From the NCBI GenBank assembly GCA_965219995.1, contig CBDCOX010000002.1:3904001-3968000 (forward strand): a stretch of 64,000 nucleotides of DNA, in the 5' to 3' direction. The notes below the pieces were generated by a model. The model saw only the letters and a program-made list of their open reading frames with translations, was not told the DNA's origin and ran no database searches. This DNA comes from Candidatus Latescibacterota bacterium. GTDB lineage: Bacteria; Latescibacterota; UBA2968; GCA-2709665. The translations under genes were made by a program, and so were the position numbers. Shown here piece by piece: positions 41,452 to 50,595 of the stretch (its first letter is position 1; the number at the start of each line of letters is the position of its first letter).

Positions 41452-42588
41452 TCAGATTTCGTGTTCTACGCCCAGAATCCTTGCTGCGGTCCCCCCCATG
41501 ATCATCTTCAGGTCGTCCTCGCCCAGAAACGCGCAGTACTTCTCAATCCACCGCCTGGACTGCCGGTACGTACAGAACCGGTTCTGAAACGGCATGTCCG
41601 TGCCCCAGTTCAGGTGATCCGCGCCCACGTGCTCGACCAAAGACTCCAGCACCGGCCAGACCTCGCTGTAGGGGAAGTCGAACCAGTCGCCGATTCGGAC
41701 CGGAAAACAGACTTCCAGGTTGCAGTTGGGGTTTTCGAACGGCAACCAGACGTCGGGCGGCATGGGCATGAAAACGTCGTCCGCGACGAACGCGCGCCAG
41801 GGAAATCCGTGGGTCAGGTTGACCACCACGTCCGGGTACCGTTCCATCCAGCGGATCAACGTCTTCTGTTCGTCCAGGTAGCCCTGACGGGCGCCGTCCG
41901 GTGTCATCCTCCGCGTCACGTCTCCCGGCCCGGAACCCAGCGTAAAGAAGATCGGCACGTTCAGCGACGTCGCCGCGTCCCAGAACGGGTGACATGAAGG
42001 CGCGTCCCATGGTTCGGCGGTACCGAAATAGGCCGGCCGGGCGTTGAACTTGATCGCGTGGAGGCCATGTCCCCCAATGGCTGTCCGGAGTTCTTCGATG
42101 ACCCCATCCGTCTCGCTGCGGATGCGCCACTCGTCCACGGGCGCCATGGACCGGAGCCGGTCCGGGTACTGACGCACGCAATCGGCAAGGAATTCGCTGT
42201 TGCGGGTCAACATCGGATTCGTATGGATGAGCGCCATGTCGACGTCCGCGTAATCCATTTCCGCGATCAGGCTGTGCGGCGTGAACTCCAGGTTTCGCAA
42301 GTTGGGCGGATAGAATTGTTTCGTATAGTCCTCTCCGTCGATCGTCCAGACCACGCGCCCCTTCTGTCTGTCCACTCGGAAGTCCGCATCGGGCAGGTCC
42401 CGCCAGGACTCGTAATCCCGCGGGATCAGTCCGTCCGAAGTTGCCGGAGCCCGGTCACGCACGCGCCAGGCCGGCTGGTGGTGCAGTCCCTGGGCCTCCT
42501 GGACCCATTTCAGGTGGGCGGCGCTGTCTTCGAACCCGGCCGGATCGTCCCCCGGCTCGAAGCAATATGCGTGGGAGTCAATGATCAT
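41452..42588 (-). CDS. Amidohydrolase family protein
   Basis: IDSHAY, THG, WGTDMP, GGTAARILG. Confidence 0.85.
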   Translation of the reverse strand: MIIDSHAYCFEPGDDPAGFEDSAAHLKWVQEAQGLHHQPAWRVRDRAPATSDGLIPRDYESWRDLPDADFRVDRQKGRVVWTIDGEDYTKQFYPPNLRNLEFTPHSLIAEMDYADVDMALIHTNPMLTRNSEFLADCVRQYPDRLRSMAPVDEWRIRSETDGVIEELRTAIGGHGLHAIKFNARPAYFGTAEPWDAPSCHPFWDAATSLNVPIFFTLGSGPGDVTRRMTPDGARQGYLDEQKTLIRWMERYPDVVVNLTHGFPWRAFVADDVFMPMPPDVWLPFENPNCNLEVCFPVRIGDWFDFPYSEVWPVLESLVEHVGADHLNWGTDMPFQNRFCTYRQSRRWIEKYCAFLGEDDLKMIMGGTAARILGVEHEI

Positions 42589-43388
42589 TACGCCGCGTCC
42601 TGTTCGGGCATCATTGCGCCTTCACCGAAGATCATCGAGAACGACGACTTTCGACTGGACCGCGTCCGTGCGTCGATGTAACAGGCGCTGAAGGCCCGCC
42701 TGGGAATGTCCATCCGGTTCACCCCGGACCGATGCAGCAGCCAGTTGTGCAGAATCACCACGTCTCCCGCGTCCATCGTCAGGTCCACGATCCGGTCTTC
42801 AGGACACAATTCCTGCTCATGTTCGTCCGAAATCGTGTGTCCCTGCTCGCTGAGAATGCCCAGCTGGTGGGACCCCGGCACCACCTGCACGCATCCGTTC
42901 TCCGGTGTGGCCGGGTCCAGCGCCGTCCAGACCGTGACCAGCGGGTCCCTGTCCACGTACCACGAACTCCCGCCGTCCTGATGCCAGGGCAGGTCGGAAC
43001 CCTGCTGCGCGGGTTTGTTCATGAACATCGCCCGGAAACAGGCGATCGACGCGTGCGCACCGTATACATACGCGCAGATTTCCGCGAAAACCGGCTTCTG
43101 CATATACGCCAGAAACAGCGGATCGAACTCCAGCCCCTGAATCTTCCGGTAATTCAGGCTCGCCTCCTGGTGGCCGATTCCGCCGCCTCGAACCTCTTCG
43201 TACCGGTCGGTGTTCGCGTCGATCTGCATCGTCAACCGGCCGTAATCCAGTGACGCCCTTCCAAGCATGATCTCGTCGATCCGCCGCTGCAGCCCGGCCA
43301 GTTCGCCGGCGCTGCACTGCCTGCCGATTTTCAGAAAACCGTCCCGGTGGTAGTCGCTCCACCGGTCCTGCGAAATGATCCGCTGCAT
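42588..43388 (-). CDS. Phytanoyl-CoA dioxygenase (PhyH) family Fe/2OG oxygenase
   Basis: WHQD, WTALD.AT.ENGC...PGSH, LLHRSG.N....RRA. Confidence 0.92.
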   Translation of the reverse strand: MQRIISQDRWSDYHRDGFLKIGRQCSAGELAGLQRRIDEIMLGRASLDYGRLTMQIDANTDRYEEVRGGGIGHQEASLNYRKIQGLEFDPLFLAYMQKPVFAEICAYVYGAHASIACFRAMFMNKPAQQGSDLPWHQDGGSSWYVDRDPLVTVWTALDPATPENGCVQVVPGSHQLGILSEQGHTISDEHEQELCPEDRIVDLTMDAGDVVILHNWLLHRSGVNRMDIPRRAFSACYIDARTRSSRKSSFSMIFGEGAMMPEQDAA

Positions 43389-43463
43389 AGACTTATCCCC
43401 CGATGTCGATGGAATAGACGGCGTGTGTGCTTCTGAAGTTGGCCCTGAAAGGAAAGTCGAATG

Positions 43464-45038
43464 TCACGACGCGGATGCCAACCGGTCCCGTACCACCTGC
43501 TTCCGGATTTTGCCGACCGACGTCCTCGGCAGCGCGTCCACGAATTCGATCCGGTCCGGGACCTTGAACGCCGCGAGCCGCTTCGCGCAATACGACCGTA
43601 TCGTGTCCTCGCGCTCATGCGCGTACGGTTTCAGCACGACGGCCGCGACGACGCGTTCGTCGCGAATCTCGTCAGGAACGCCCACCACACAGACGTCCGC
43701 CACACCCTCGCACTCCTGAATCACACCCTCCACTTCGATGCTCGAGATATTCTCGCCGGAACGCCTGATGAGATCCTTTCCCCGGTCCAGAAAATACAGA
43801 AACCCGTCTTCATCCGCACGTACCGTATCCCCGGAATGAAGCCAGGTCCCGTCCGCCCGTCGCCGCAGGGTTTCGGCCGTCGCCTCCGGATTCTTCAGGT
43901 AGCCCAGCATGACTGTTCGTCCCGGTATTCCCCGCACGATCAACTCGCCCGGCGCGCCCGCAGCCACGTCCTCACCCTGGCCGTCCACCACATTCACGCC
44001 GTACCCGGGCACCGGCTTCCCCATCGCCGAGAGGTTGCGTTCGTCCGTCAACGGACTCATCACCGGGAGCCCGCACGTTTCCGTCATCCCCCACAACTGC
44101 TGAAGCGGCGCCCTGAACCGCCGATGCCAGGCGTCGTACTGGCTCAAAGTGAGATTCTGGGCGAACGTGACGTTCCGGATGCCGTGCGCCGCGTCGGTCC
44201 TCCGCTCCGGCTGGCTCAGCAGCATCCGCAGCAGTGCGCCAAACATCGCAGCCATCGTGCAACCGTATTCGATCGCCTGTTCGAAGAACCGGCCCGCGCT
44301 GAACCGGGACATTACCGCCACGCTCGCGCCGGTCACCAGAGACGGCCACACCGCGTGGCATTGCGCCCCGGCGTGAAAGAGCGGAAGCACCACCAGGTGC
44401 CGGTCTTCCCGCCGCAGCCCCGAACCCGCGGCGAACACCTCCGCGCCGTAGAGAAAGCAGGCATTGGTGAGCATGACCCCTTTGGGTCGCGAGGTGGTTC
44501 CCGACGTGTAGAGGAGTTGCACCACTCGCTCGGCCGCGCCGCGTCCGTCCGGTGGTACCGCGCGCTGCGCGGAGAGCGCGTCTTCGTATACCGGATATCC
44601 GCCGGGGACCTCGTCGCCCGTATTGCATAAGACAACCGGAATTCCCGATTCAGACGCGACCCGGTTGGCCACGTCAAGACATGCGGTCTCGGTAAATATC
44701 AACCTGCTCCCGGAATGCCCGACAAGGTACGCCAGTTCATCCTCGGTGCAAGCCGGATTCGTGGGCATTGCCGTCGCGCCGAGGTGCGATGCGGCGAGTA
44801 TCAGCTGTACGCAGGCGGGATGGTTGGACAGGTGCAGGTCGAAGACGTCACCGGCGCGGATTCCGAGTTCGCCAAGCAGATTGGACGCCTGATGCACACT
44901 TTGCAGGAACTCGACGTACGTCCAGCGGAAAACGCGCCCGTCTTCCCGTTCGTACACCATCCACTCCCGGTCAGGCTGTCTGCCCGCGTAGGCCGCGAAA
45001 TCCAGGTACAGCGTCCGGTCCGCACCAACGTCGATCAT
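43464..45038 (-). CDS. ATP-dependent acyl-CoA ligase (CaiC-like)
   Basis: YTSGTTSRPKG, WGMTE, HSGD, GENISSIEVE, PRTSVGK. Confidence 0.9.
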   Translation of the reverse strand: MIDVGADRTLYLDFAAYAGRQPDREWMVYEREDGRVFRWTYVEFLQSVHQASNLLGELGIRAGDVFDLHLSNHPACVQLILAASHLGATAMPTNPACTEDELAYLVGHSGSRLIFTETACLDVANRVASESGIPVVLCNTGDEVPGGYPVYEDALSAQRAVPPDGRGAAERVVQLLYTSGTTSRPKGVMLTNACFLYGAEVFAAGSGLRREDRHLVVLPLFHAGAQCHAVWPSLVTGASVAVMSRFSAGRFFEQAIEYGCTMAAMFGALLRMLLSQPERRTDAAHGIRNVTFAQNLTLSQYDAWHRRFRAPLQQLWGMTETCGLPVMSPLTDERNLSAMGKPVPGYGVNVVDGQGEDVAAGAPGELIVRGIPGRTVMLGYLKNPEATAETLRRRADGTWLHSGDTVRADEDGFLYFLDRGKDLIRRSGENISSIEVEGVIQECEGVADVCVVGVPDEIRDERVVAAVVLKPYAHEREDTIRSYCAKRLAAFKVPDRIEFVDALPRTSVGKIRKQVVRDRLASAS

Positions 45039-45799
45039 CGGTCTTTCTTTCGCGCGATGAACGCCGCCACGTTCGCCCGCGCCTCGTCCGTTCCGAAACA
45101 GGCCTCGAATGCCTCCGAGGCGGCGTCATCCCACCTGGCGTCGCGAGCCGAGGCGATCCGGTTCAGCAGGGCCCCGGTCTCTCTCAGCGCTGCCGGCGGA
45201 AACGACGCCAGGCGCTTCGCAAACGCACCGACGCGACCCCTCAATGCGTCGTCAGCGACGCAATCGTGCACCAGGCCGAGCCCTTTGGCCTCCTCCCCGG
45301 TGACCGTTTCGCACGCCATCGCGATCCACCTTGCGGCCGATCCGCCAACGACGTCGACGAGCCGGCCCAGCCCCCACGGCGGCGTCCACCCCAGTTCCAC
45401 TTCCGGCATGCCCAGCCTGGCCGACGTCGCCGCGAAACGGAAGTCGTGGTACATCGCCATCACCACCCCGCCGCCGAGCACGTGGCCGTGCAGCATCGCG
45501 ACGGTGGGCTGGGGGATCGTCTCGAGCAGCGCGAAGGCGTCGGCGTGCTCCTTTTCCGCGTCCGCGGCTTGCCGGGCCGACAGCGGCGCCAGGTCTTTCA
45601 GGTCGCTGCCCGCGCAGAACGCCCGGCCCGCGCCGCCGGTGACCACAACCCGCACGTCTTCCCGATCGCGTATCCCCTCGAGGTGCGCCCTGAACGCGCG
45701 CACACTTTCGAGATCCATCGCATTCAACACTTCGGGCCGGTTCAACGTCAGCCAGGCGATTCCGTCTTCAACCGTCAGATCGATCTTGGCTTTCTTCAT
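45035..45799 (-). CDS. Enoyl-CoA hydratase/isomerase family
   Basis: LNRPE.LNA, AFCAGSDL, G.VLGGG, MPEV.LG. Confidence 0.9.
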   Translation of the reverse strand: MKKAKIDLTVEDGIAWLTLNRPEVLNAMDLESVRAFRAHLEGIRDREDVRVVVTGGAGRAFCAGSDLKDLAPLSARQAADAEKEHADAFALLETIPQPTVAMLHGHVLGGGVVMAMYHDFRFAATSARLGMPEVELGWTPPWGLGRLVDVVGGSAARWIAMACETVTGEEAKGLGLVHDCVADDALRGRVGAFAKRLASFPPAALRETGALLNRIASARDARWDDAASEAFEACFGTDEARANVAAFIARKKDR

Positions 45800-45811
45800 T
45801 TCAACCGGAAC

Positions 45812-45905
45812 CAACAGGGATGGACAGGATGGACAGGACAAAAACCAAAATGCGCGAGAAAGGCACGAGAAAACGAGGAAAACCGAAAAACGCCAGAAAA
45901 CGAGT
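45812..45905. repeat. 9-nt periodic purine-rich arrays
   Basis: gggatggacaggatggacaggac followed by cgagaaaggcacgagaaaacgaggaaaaccgaaaaacgccagaaaacg. Confidence 0.6.
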
Positions 45906-45999
45906 AACGGCAGTGAATCGATTCACCAGACCGCACGTCGTCATTCCGGCCACCCTTAAACCCCAACATTTCGCAGGCCGAACCGATTCCGGATACTCC

Positions 46000-46265
46000 T
46001 GGACGACCTTTACGCCCCGTTTCGGAAGTTCTCCCCGCAGTGTCGGCTTGATGGATTTTTAGACCTGAGGCAAATTGCCGCAAGAGGCGCAAAACAGCTA
46101 TCCTGTTACAGGGCGCATAGCCGAACGTCCAGGAATTACCTGCAGCGTCACGGCGTTACGGCACACGCCGATTCGCAGCGATATTTTCTGTGCCCTTTGT
46201 GCCCTTTGTGCCCTTTGTGCCTTTTGTGGCCAATTTGACGGTTATCTTTTTTCAAATTGAGGTTG
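46000..46265. repeat. Dispersed repeat with CACAAAGGG 9-mers (copy 2, inverted, more units)
   Basis: (tgtgccctt)x4; the reverse complement aligns with 24345-24460, and 46000-46027 aligns with ~24457-24485. Confidence 0.8.
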
Positions 46266-46281
46266 GCTCAAGCCCGGGGGT

Positions 46282-46776
46282 CTATGCGTGTTTCTTCGGA
46301 TAGTCGTACGACACCATCCGCCCGAGACCGCCGGATACGTCAGCCCAGGATTCGACTTCCAGATCGACGCAGCAGACGGCGCAGGTCGGCATATAAATCG
46401 ACGAGTCTGAAGCGAGAAACCCGGCCAAGTCCGAGAAACCCGGATTATGTCCGACCAGGACAACTTCGCCGCAATCGTCAGGGAGTCCCCTTACGACGGC
46501 AACCAGGCTGTGAAGGCTCGCCTCGTATATGGTCATTTCCTCGACGATCTTCTTTGCCGGGAACTCCAGTGCCTTCGCGATCGCCCGGGCCGTTTTCGCC
46601 GCGCGTCTTGCGGGACTGGAGACGATCATATCGGGCTTCGCCCCGTCTTTTTTCAGACGCGCGCCCATGGACGGCGCGTCCCGTTTGCCGCGTTTGTTCA
46701 ACGGGCGCTCGAAATCGCCAAGCGTCGGATCGCTCCAACTCGACTTTGCGTGTCGAATCACATAGAGCCGTTTCAT
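46282..46776 (-). CDS. sixA: Phosphohistidine phosphatase SixA family
   Basis: IRHAKSSW, RPLNKRG, SSPARRA..TA, LVGHNPG. Confidence 0.88.
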   Translation of the reverse strand: MKRLYVIRHAKSSWSDPTLGDFERPLNKRGKRDAPSMGARLKKDGAKPDMIVSSPARRAAKTARAIAKALEFPAKKIVEEMTIYEASLHSLVAVVRGLPDDCGEVVLVGHNPGFSDLAGFLASDSSIYMPTCAVCCVDLEVESWADVSGGLGRMVSYDYPKKHA

Positions 46777-46837
46777 TCCGCGAAGCCCCCACGTAAATGA
46801 TGCCCTTGCGGACCTGATCCGACCGAAGGAGCGGCCA

Positions 46838-47734
46838 TTACGCATCGCGTACCGGTCCGCCGGCATCCCAGACCAGCCTGGGACCGCCCTCGAGCCCTTG
46901 AATGTGGCCCGCCTCCCGTTCGCGCGGGTATCCCAGACAATGAGAAACATACGTCACGCCATCGATCTCGCGAAAGCGGTTTCGATGCTGATGACCGTAG
47001 ACGTGCATCGACGCGCCGACGCGCCGCACCTGCGCATCCAGCCCCCGGCATCCGGCAACGCGGCTGAAGTTGAACGCCGGGTGAGGATCCGCCGGCCATT
47101 TCCCGGGCGGCCGCCTGTCGGGGAGGCCGTAAATCAGTTCCTTCCTCGGCAGAACATGGCTGAACGAGATAACCGGCGCATCGTATTCCCGCACGACGCG
47201 GCTCTCATTCACGCGAAGGAAATATTCCGCGGCCGGCGTTGCCGCCTCCGGCCAACTGACAAAATGATCGTCGCTCCACATGGACAAGGTCGCGTCTTCG
47301 CCGGCCTTCGGCGAGTACAAGCTGTCCGGCCCCTCTTCCGGTTTCAGATACCACGAAAAGAGAGGGACGATCCACACACCCGTCCCGTTGCCGGCCCTGC
47401 CGGGCCGCGTGTTGACGTCGAGTCGGTCGCAAAGGTCCAGTACCTGGTCGAACTTGCCCAGAGACCCGCGGGGCGGCGTCCCTCGGCGCACCCACAATTC
47501 GTGGTTTCCCGGGACGAAAAACAAACTCGAGAACCGGGACCGCAGCTCCGACAGCGTCCCCTCCAGCCGGTCCACGCGGTCGGTGACGTCGCCGGCGAGA
47601 ATCAGCACGTCTCGCTGAAAACCGGACCGGGACAGCGCCCGGACCCAGGCCAGATTCAGCGCGGAATCCACGTGGATATCGGATAACGCGAATATGCGCG
47701 GCGTATCTTTCTCGGTCTCGCCCATGGCTGTCAA
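46838..47734 (-). CDS. Metallophosphoesterase
   Basis: SDIH, AGDV, GNHE, SH, GHQH. Confidence 0.88.
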   Translation of the reverse strand: MTAMGETEKDTPRIFALSDIHVDSALNLAWVRALSRSGFQRDVLILAGDVTDRVDRLEGTLSELRSRFSSLFFVPGNHELWVRRGTPPRGSLGKFDQVLDLCDRLDVNTRPGRAGNGTGVWIVPLFSWYLKPEEGPDSLYSPKAGEDATLSMWSDDHFVSWPEAATPAAEYFLRVNESRVVREYDAPVISFSHVLPRKELIYGLPDRRPPGKWPADPHPAFNFSRVAGCRGLDAQVRRVGASMHVYGHQHRNRFREIDGVTYVSHCLGYPREREAGHIQGLEGGPRLVWDAGGPVRDA

Positions 47735-47794
47735 CCGGTCCGCGCTGAGCTTACGGACGTGGCTGCCTCCACGAATCGCGAAGGGAAGCCGGCT

Positions 47795-48427
47795 TTATTC
47801 CCTTCTTACCCGGCAAACCGCCCGGGAGCCGGCGTCGCAGTACCAGAAGTCACCGTTCCACATCGTCATGCCGTGAGGCTCCGGATACCCTTCGGGAATC
47901 TCGATCTTCTCGCGGACCACTCCATCCGCCGCGTTCAGACGGTAGATTGCACGGTGATTGGTTTCGACGCACCAGAGGTCTCCGCCTACCCAGGCAATGC
48001 CGTGCGGCCGTTCCCCGGGAGCGGGAATCGAATGGACCACTTCGAAGCCGTTCTCTACGTCCACCTGGTAGATCGTAGCCGACGGCGGAACGGCCATCCA
48101 GAGGCAGCCGTCGCGCATCTCCAGGCCGTGGGCGCCCGTTTCCACCGCGCCGGGGGTATCGAAGCGTTGCAGCGTTTCCCCGGTCTGCCGGTCGACGAGG
48201 AGAATCTCCCGGCTGTACGTGGACGCCAGCCACAGAGCGGCGCCGGTGTCCGTAATCCCGCTTCCCTTGTCCGACTCCGTCTCCAGCGTCTTTATCGATT
48301 CGCCCGAGAAGGAAACCAGAGCGACCTGATTCGTCTCCTGATCCAGAATCCAGATCCCTTCAGACGTTGCCTGCATCCCGTTCGGATGCGGCCCGGGCGA
48401 GCAAAATTCCCGTGCGATGTCAACCAT
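47795..48427 (-). CDS. Beta-propeller protein (glutamine cyclotransferase/Vgb-like)
   Basis: Repeats P....P.G..W.G..LW..D/E. Confidence 0.7.
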   Translation of the reverse strand: MVDIAREFCSPGPHPNGMQATSEGIWILDQETNQVALVSFSGESIKTLETESDKGSGITDTGAALWLASTYSREILLVDRQTGETLQRFDTPGAVETGAHGLEMRDGCLWMAVPPSATIYQVDVENGFEVVHSIPAPGERPHGIAWVGGDLWCVETNHRAIYRLNAADGVVREKIEIPEGYPEPHGMTMWNGDFWYCDAGSRAVCRVRRE

Positions 48428-48477
48428 GAGAGCGTTCCCCGTTTTCCGTATATGAGATTTCCCGATCTGCCAGCGAG

Positions 48478-49299
48478 TCACGCCACCCGCGTCGGCCTCG
48501 TATTCATCAGTCCGATAATGCTGTCGGGGTGCTCGTCGCGGGTGCTGAAACCCGGCGTGTCGCCCCGCCGTCTATAGCGCGTGGTGCGAACGTAGGGCGG
48601 GCTCATTTCCGGATACCTGAAAGAGGAAGGATCCGCCTTCAGCTTCTCCATCGCCGCCAACGCCCCGTTCCGGATGAGCGCGCGGGACCGCGCGGGCGCC
48701 AGGTTGACGGCGCTCAGCTTGGCGCGGCTGTAGGCGTCCGCATCCAGGTCTTCGAGGCCGTCCGGGAGCAGGCCGCGTTTCACGCCAACCGTAACCACGC
48801 CGGGCGTGAGCGACTCGGCCTCACCGGCGAACGCTTCCTCGCCGGCGGCGAAAATCGTCGGTACGCCGAGTTCCATCGCGCACAACACCAGTTGCCCGTA
48901 TTCTCCGATGGAAATCCCATTGATCGCATAGTCCACGCACGCGAAACTCCCCGTGTGGGTCAGGTGCGAATAGGGGGTACCCGCCTTCGCGTGCTGCCCC
49001 ACGTATGCAAGGCCCTGGTACGATTCATCCAGGCTCCAGGGCCAGATCGGGTCCGCGTGTCCCCGCATCAGCTGTGCGCGTTCGTCGAGAAGCTCCGGAT
49101 CCATCGCGCCGTGCCCGTGTCCGTCGACCACCAGGATCTCTTCCGCGCCGCCCTCACAGAAACCGTCCACCGCGGCGTTGACCTCCAGCGTCAGGAGTCT
49201 CTTCGCTTTGTCGTAATACATCGCCTCCGGCACGCACCAGTCCTCGAAATTCAGAATGCCCGCGACCCCTTCCAGGTCCGTCATAATCATCAGCTTCAT
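48478..49299 (-). CDS. M55 family D-aminopeptidase-like metallopeptidase
   Basis: TDLEGVAG, VDGHG, GQHAKAG, LTHT, IGE.G. Confidence 0.88.
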   Translation of the reverse strand: MKLMIMTDLEGVAGILNFEDWCVPEAMYYDKAKRLLTLEVNAAVDGFCEGGAEEILVVDGHGHGAMDPELLDERAQLMRGHADPIWPWSLDESYQGLAYVGQHAKAGTPYSHLTHTGSFACVDYAINGISIGEYGQLVLCAMELGVPTIFAAGEEAFAGEAESLTPGVVTVGVKRGLLPDGLEDLDADAYSRAKLSAVNLAPARSRALIRNGALAAMEKLKADPSSFRYPEMSPPYVRTTRYRRRGDTPGFSTRDEHPDSIIGLMNTRPTRVA

Positions 49300-49339
49300 C
49301 GTCGGTCTCCCGTCTTTATCCGACCATCGTCTTACGCGT

Positions 49340-50537
49340 CTACGCCTCGCGCCCGATCCAGAAGTCGTTGAAGCCCGTCACCGGCCCGTCGTCGTTCGGC
49401 CCGCTCGCCAGGTCCAAACCGCCGAACAGGTACACCGATTCATCCAGCGACACCATGCCGGGCACGCGGCGGACTCCCGGAACCGCCGCGGATGCCGAAT
49501 AGTCTTTCGCCCCGTCGTGCGCGTGCAGACACGTCCACTCGCCGGTACACAGATTCAGGCGCCAGAGATCGTTCAGCTGAGGTCCATTCACTTCTTCGGG
49601 CATGAACGCGCCCTGCGGCCCGAACCCGCCGAAAACGTACCATCGATCGCCGATCCGGGCCGAACCGTGGCCGTAGCGTGCGGAAGGCCGGTTCACCGCA
49701 CCGAAGTCATTCTCCGCGAGACAGGTCCACGCGGCCGCGGCAGGATCGAAACACCAGAGGTCGTTATAAAACTGCGGATCGCGGTCCTGCGTATCCCGCC
49801 CGCCCCAGATGTAGATCCGGTCCCGCCATGCCGTCATCGACATCACGTACCGTTTCGGCGGCCACAGCTCGCCATCTTCCGCTTCGATCCGCTCCCATGT
49901 CCCCGCGGCCGTATCGTACGTCCAGAGTTGCCGGCTCAGTACCGCGGTTTCGACCGTCGGCGGCAGCGGTGCCCGGTGGCCCCAACCGCCGAACGAATAG
50001 ATAGATCCTGCTTCCGATCACGGCCGTTCCGAACCCGCCGATGGTCGTGGGCCGGCCCAGGCCTGCACAATCGGGGTGCTCCAGCAAGACACCGTCGTCG
50101 GGCTCCAGCAGCGTCCAGCGCGCTTCCGACGGGTCGTACCTCCACAGATCGTTCAGCAGGGTAAATTTCCACCCTTCGCTCAGGATCGACAGCCCGCCGA
50201 ACAGGTAGAACCTGCCGTCGATCTCAACCCACGCGGGCAGCATGCGGGCGCAGGGCCGGTCCGCCGAGACGTCGAAACCGGCCGCGCCGTCGTTCTCCTC
50301 AAGAAGGTCCCATTTTTCAACCGACGGATCGTACACCCATACGTCGTTCAACCCGCCGAGCGTGGACTTGTTTCCCTGCCCCGAGGAAGCGCCGTATCTG
50401 AGCGTGCCCCCGCCGAACATATAGACGCGTCCCCGGTAGGACAGCATCGCGCCCGGCGCTTCTCTGGCGCAGGGCACGTTGCCGTCTGTCGACTCGACCT
50501 GAGGATGGCCCATCCGCCAAGTGAATGTGTGGTCCAT
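49340..50537 (-). pseudogene. Kelch repeat protein, frameshifted
   Basis: Y.FGG...LNDLW.YD repeats in both halves; a 4-bp duplication at ~49990-50006 breaks IYLFGGWG. Confidence 0.8.
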
Positions 50538-50595
50538 AATTATTCGTGCGCCGCGTTTCCTGATTCCGCGGGTACCGGTTTCGCCCGCTGCCGGC

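Noticed and set aside
46186-46230. Tandem repeats as a CRISPR array
   Set aside because: 9-bp units with no spacers and no cas genes; no CRISPR-like repeat-spacer periodicity seen anywhere in the window.
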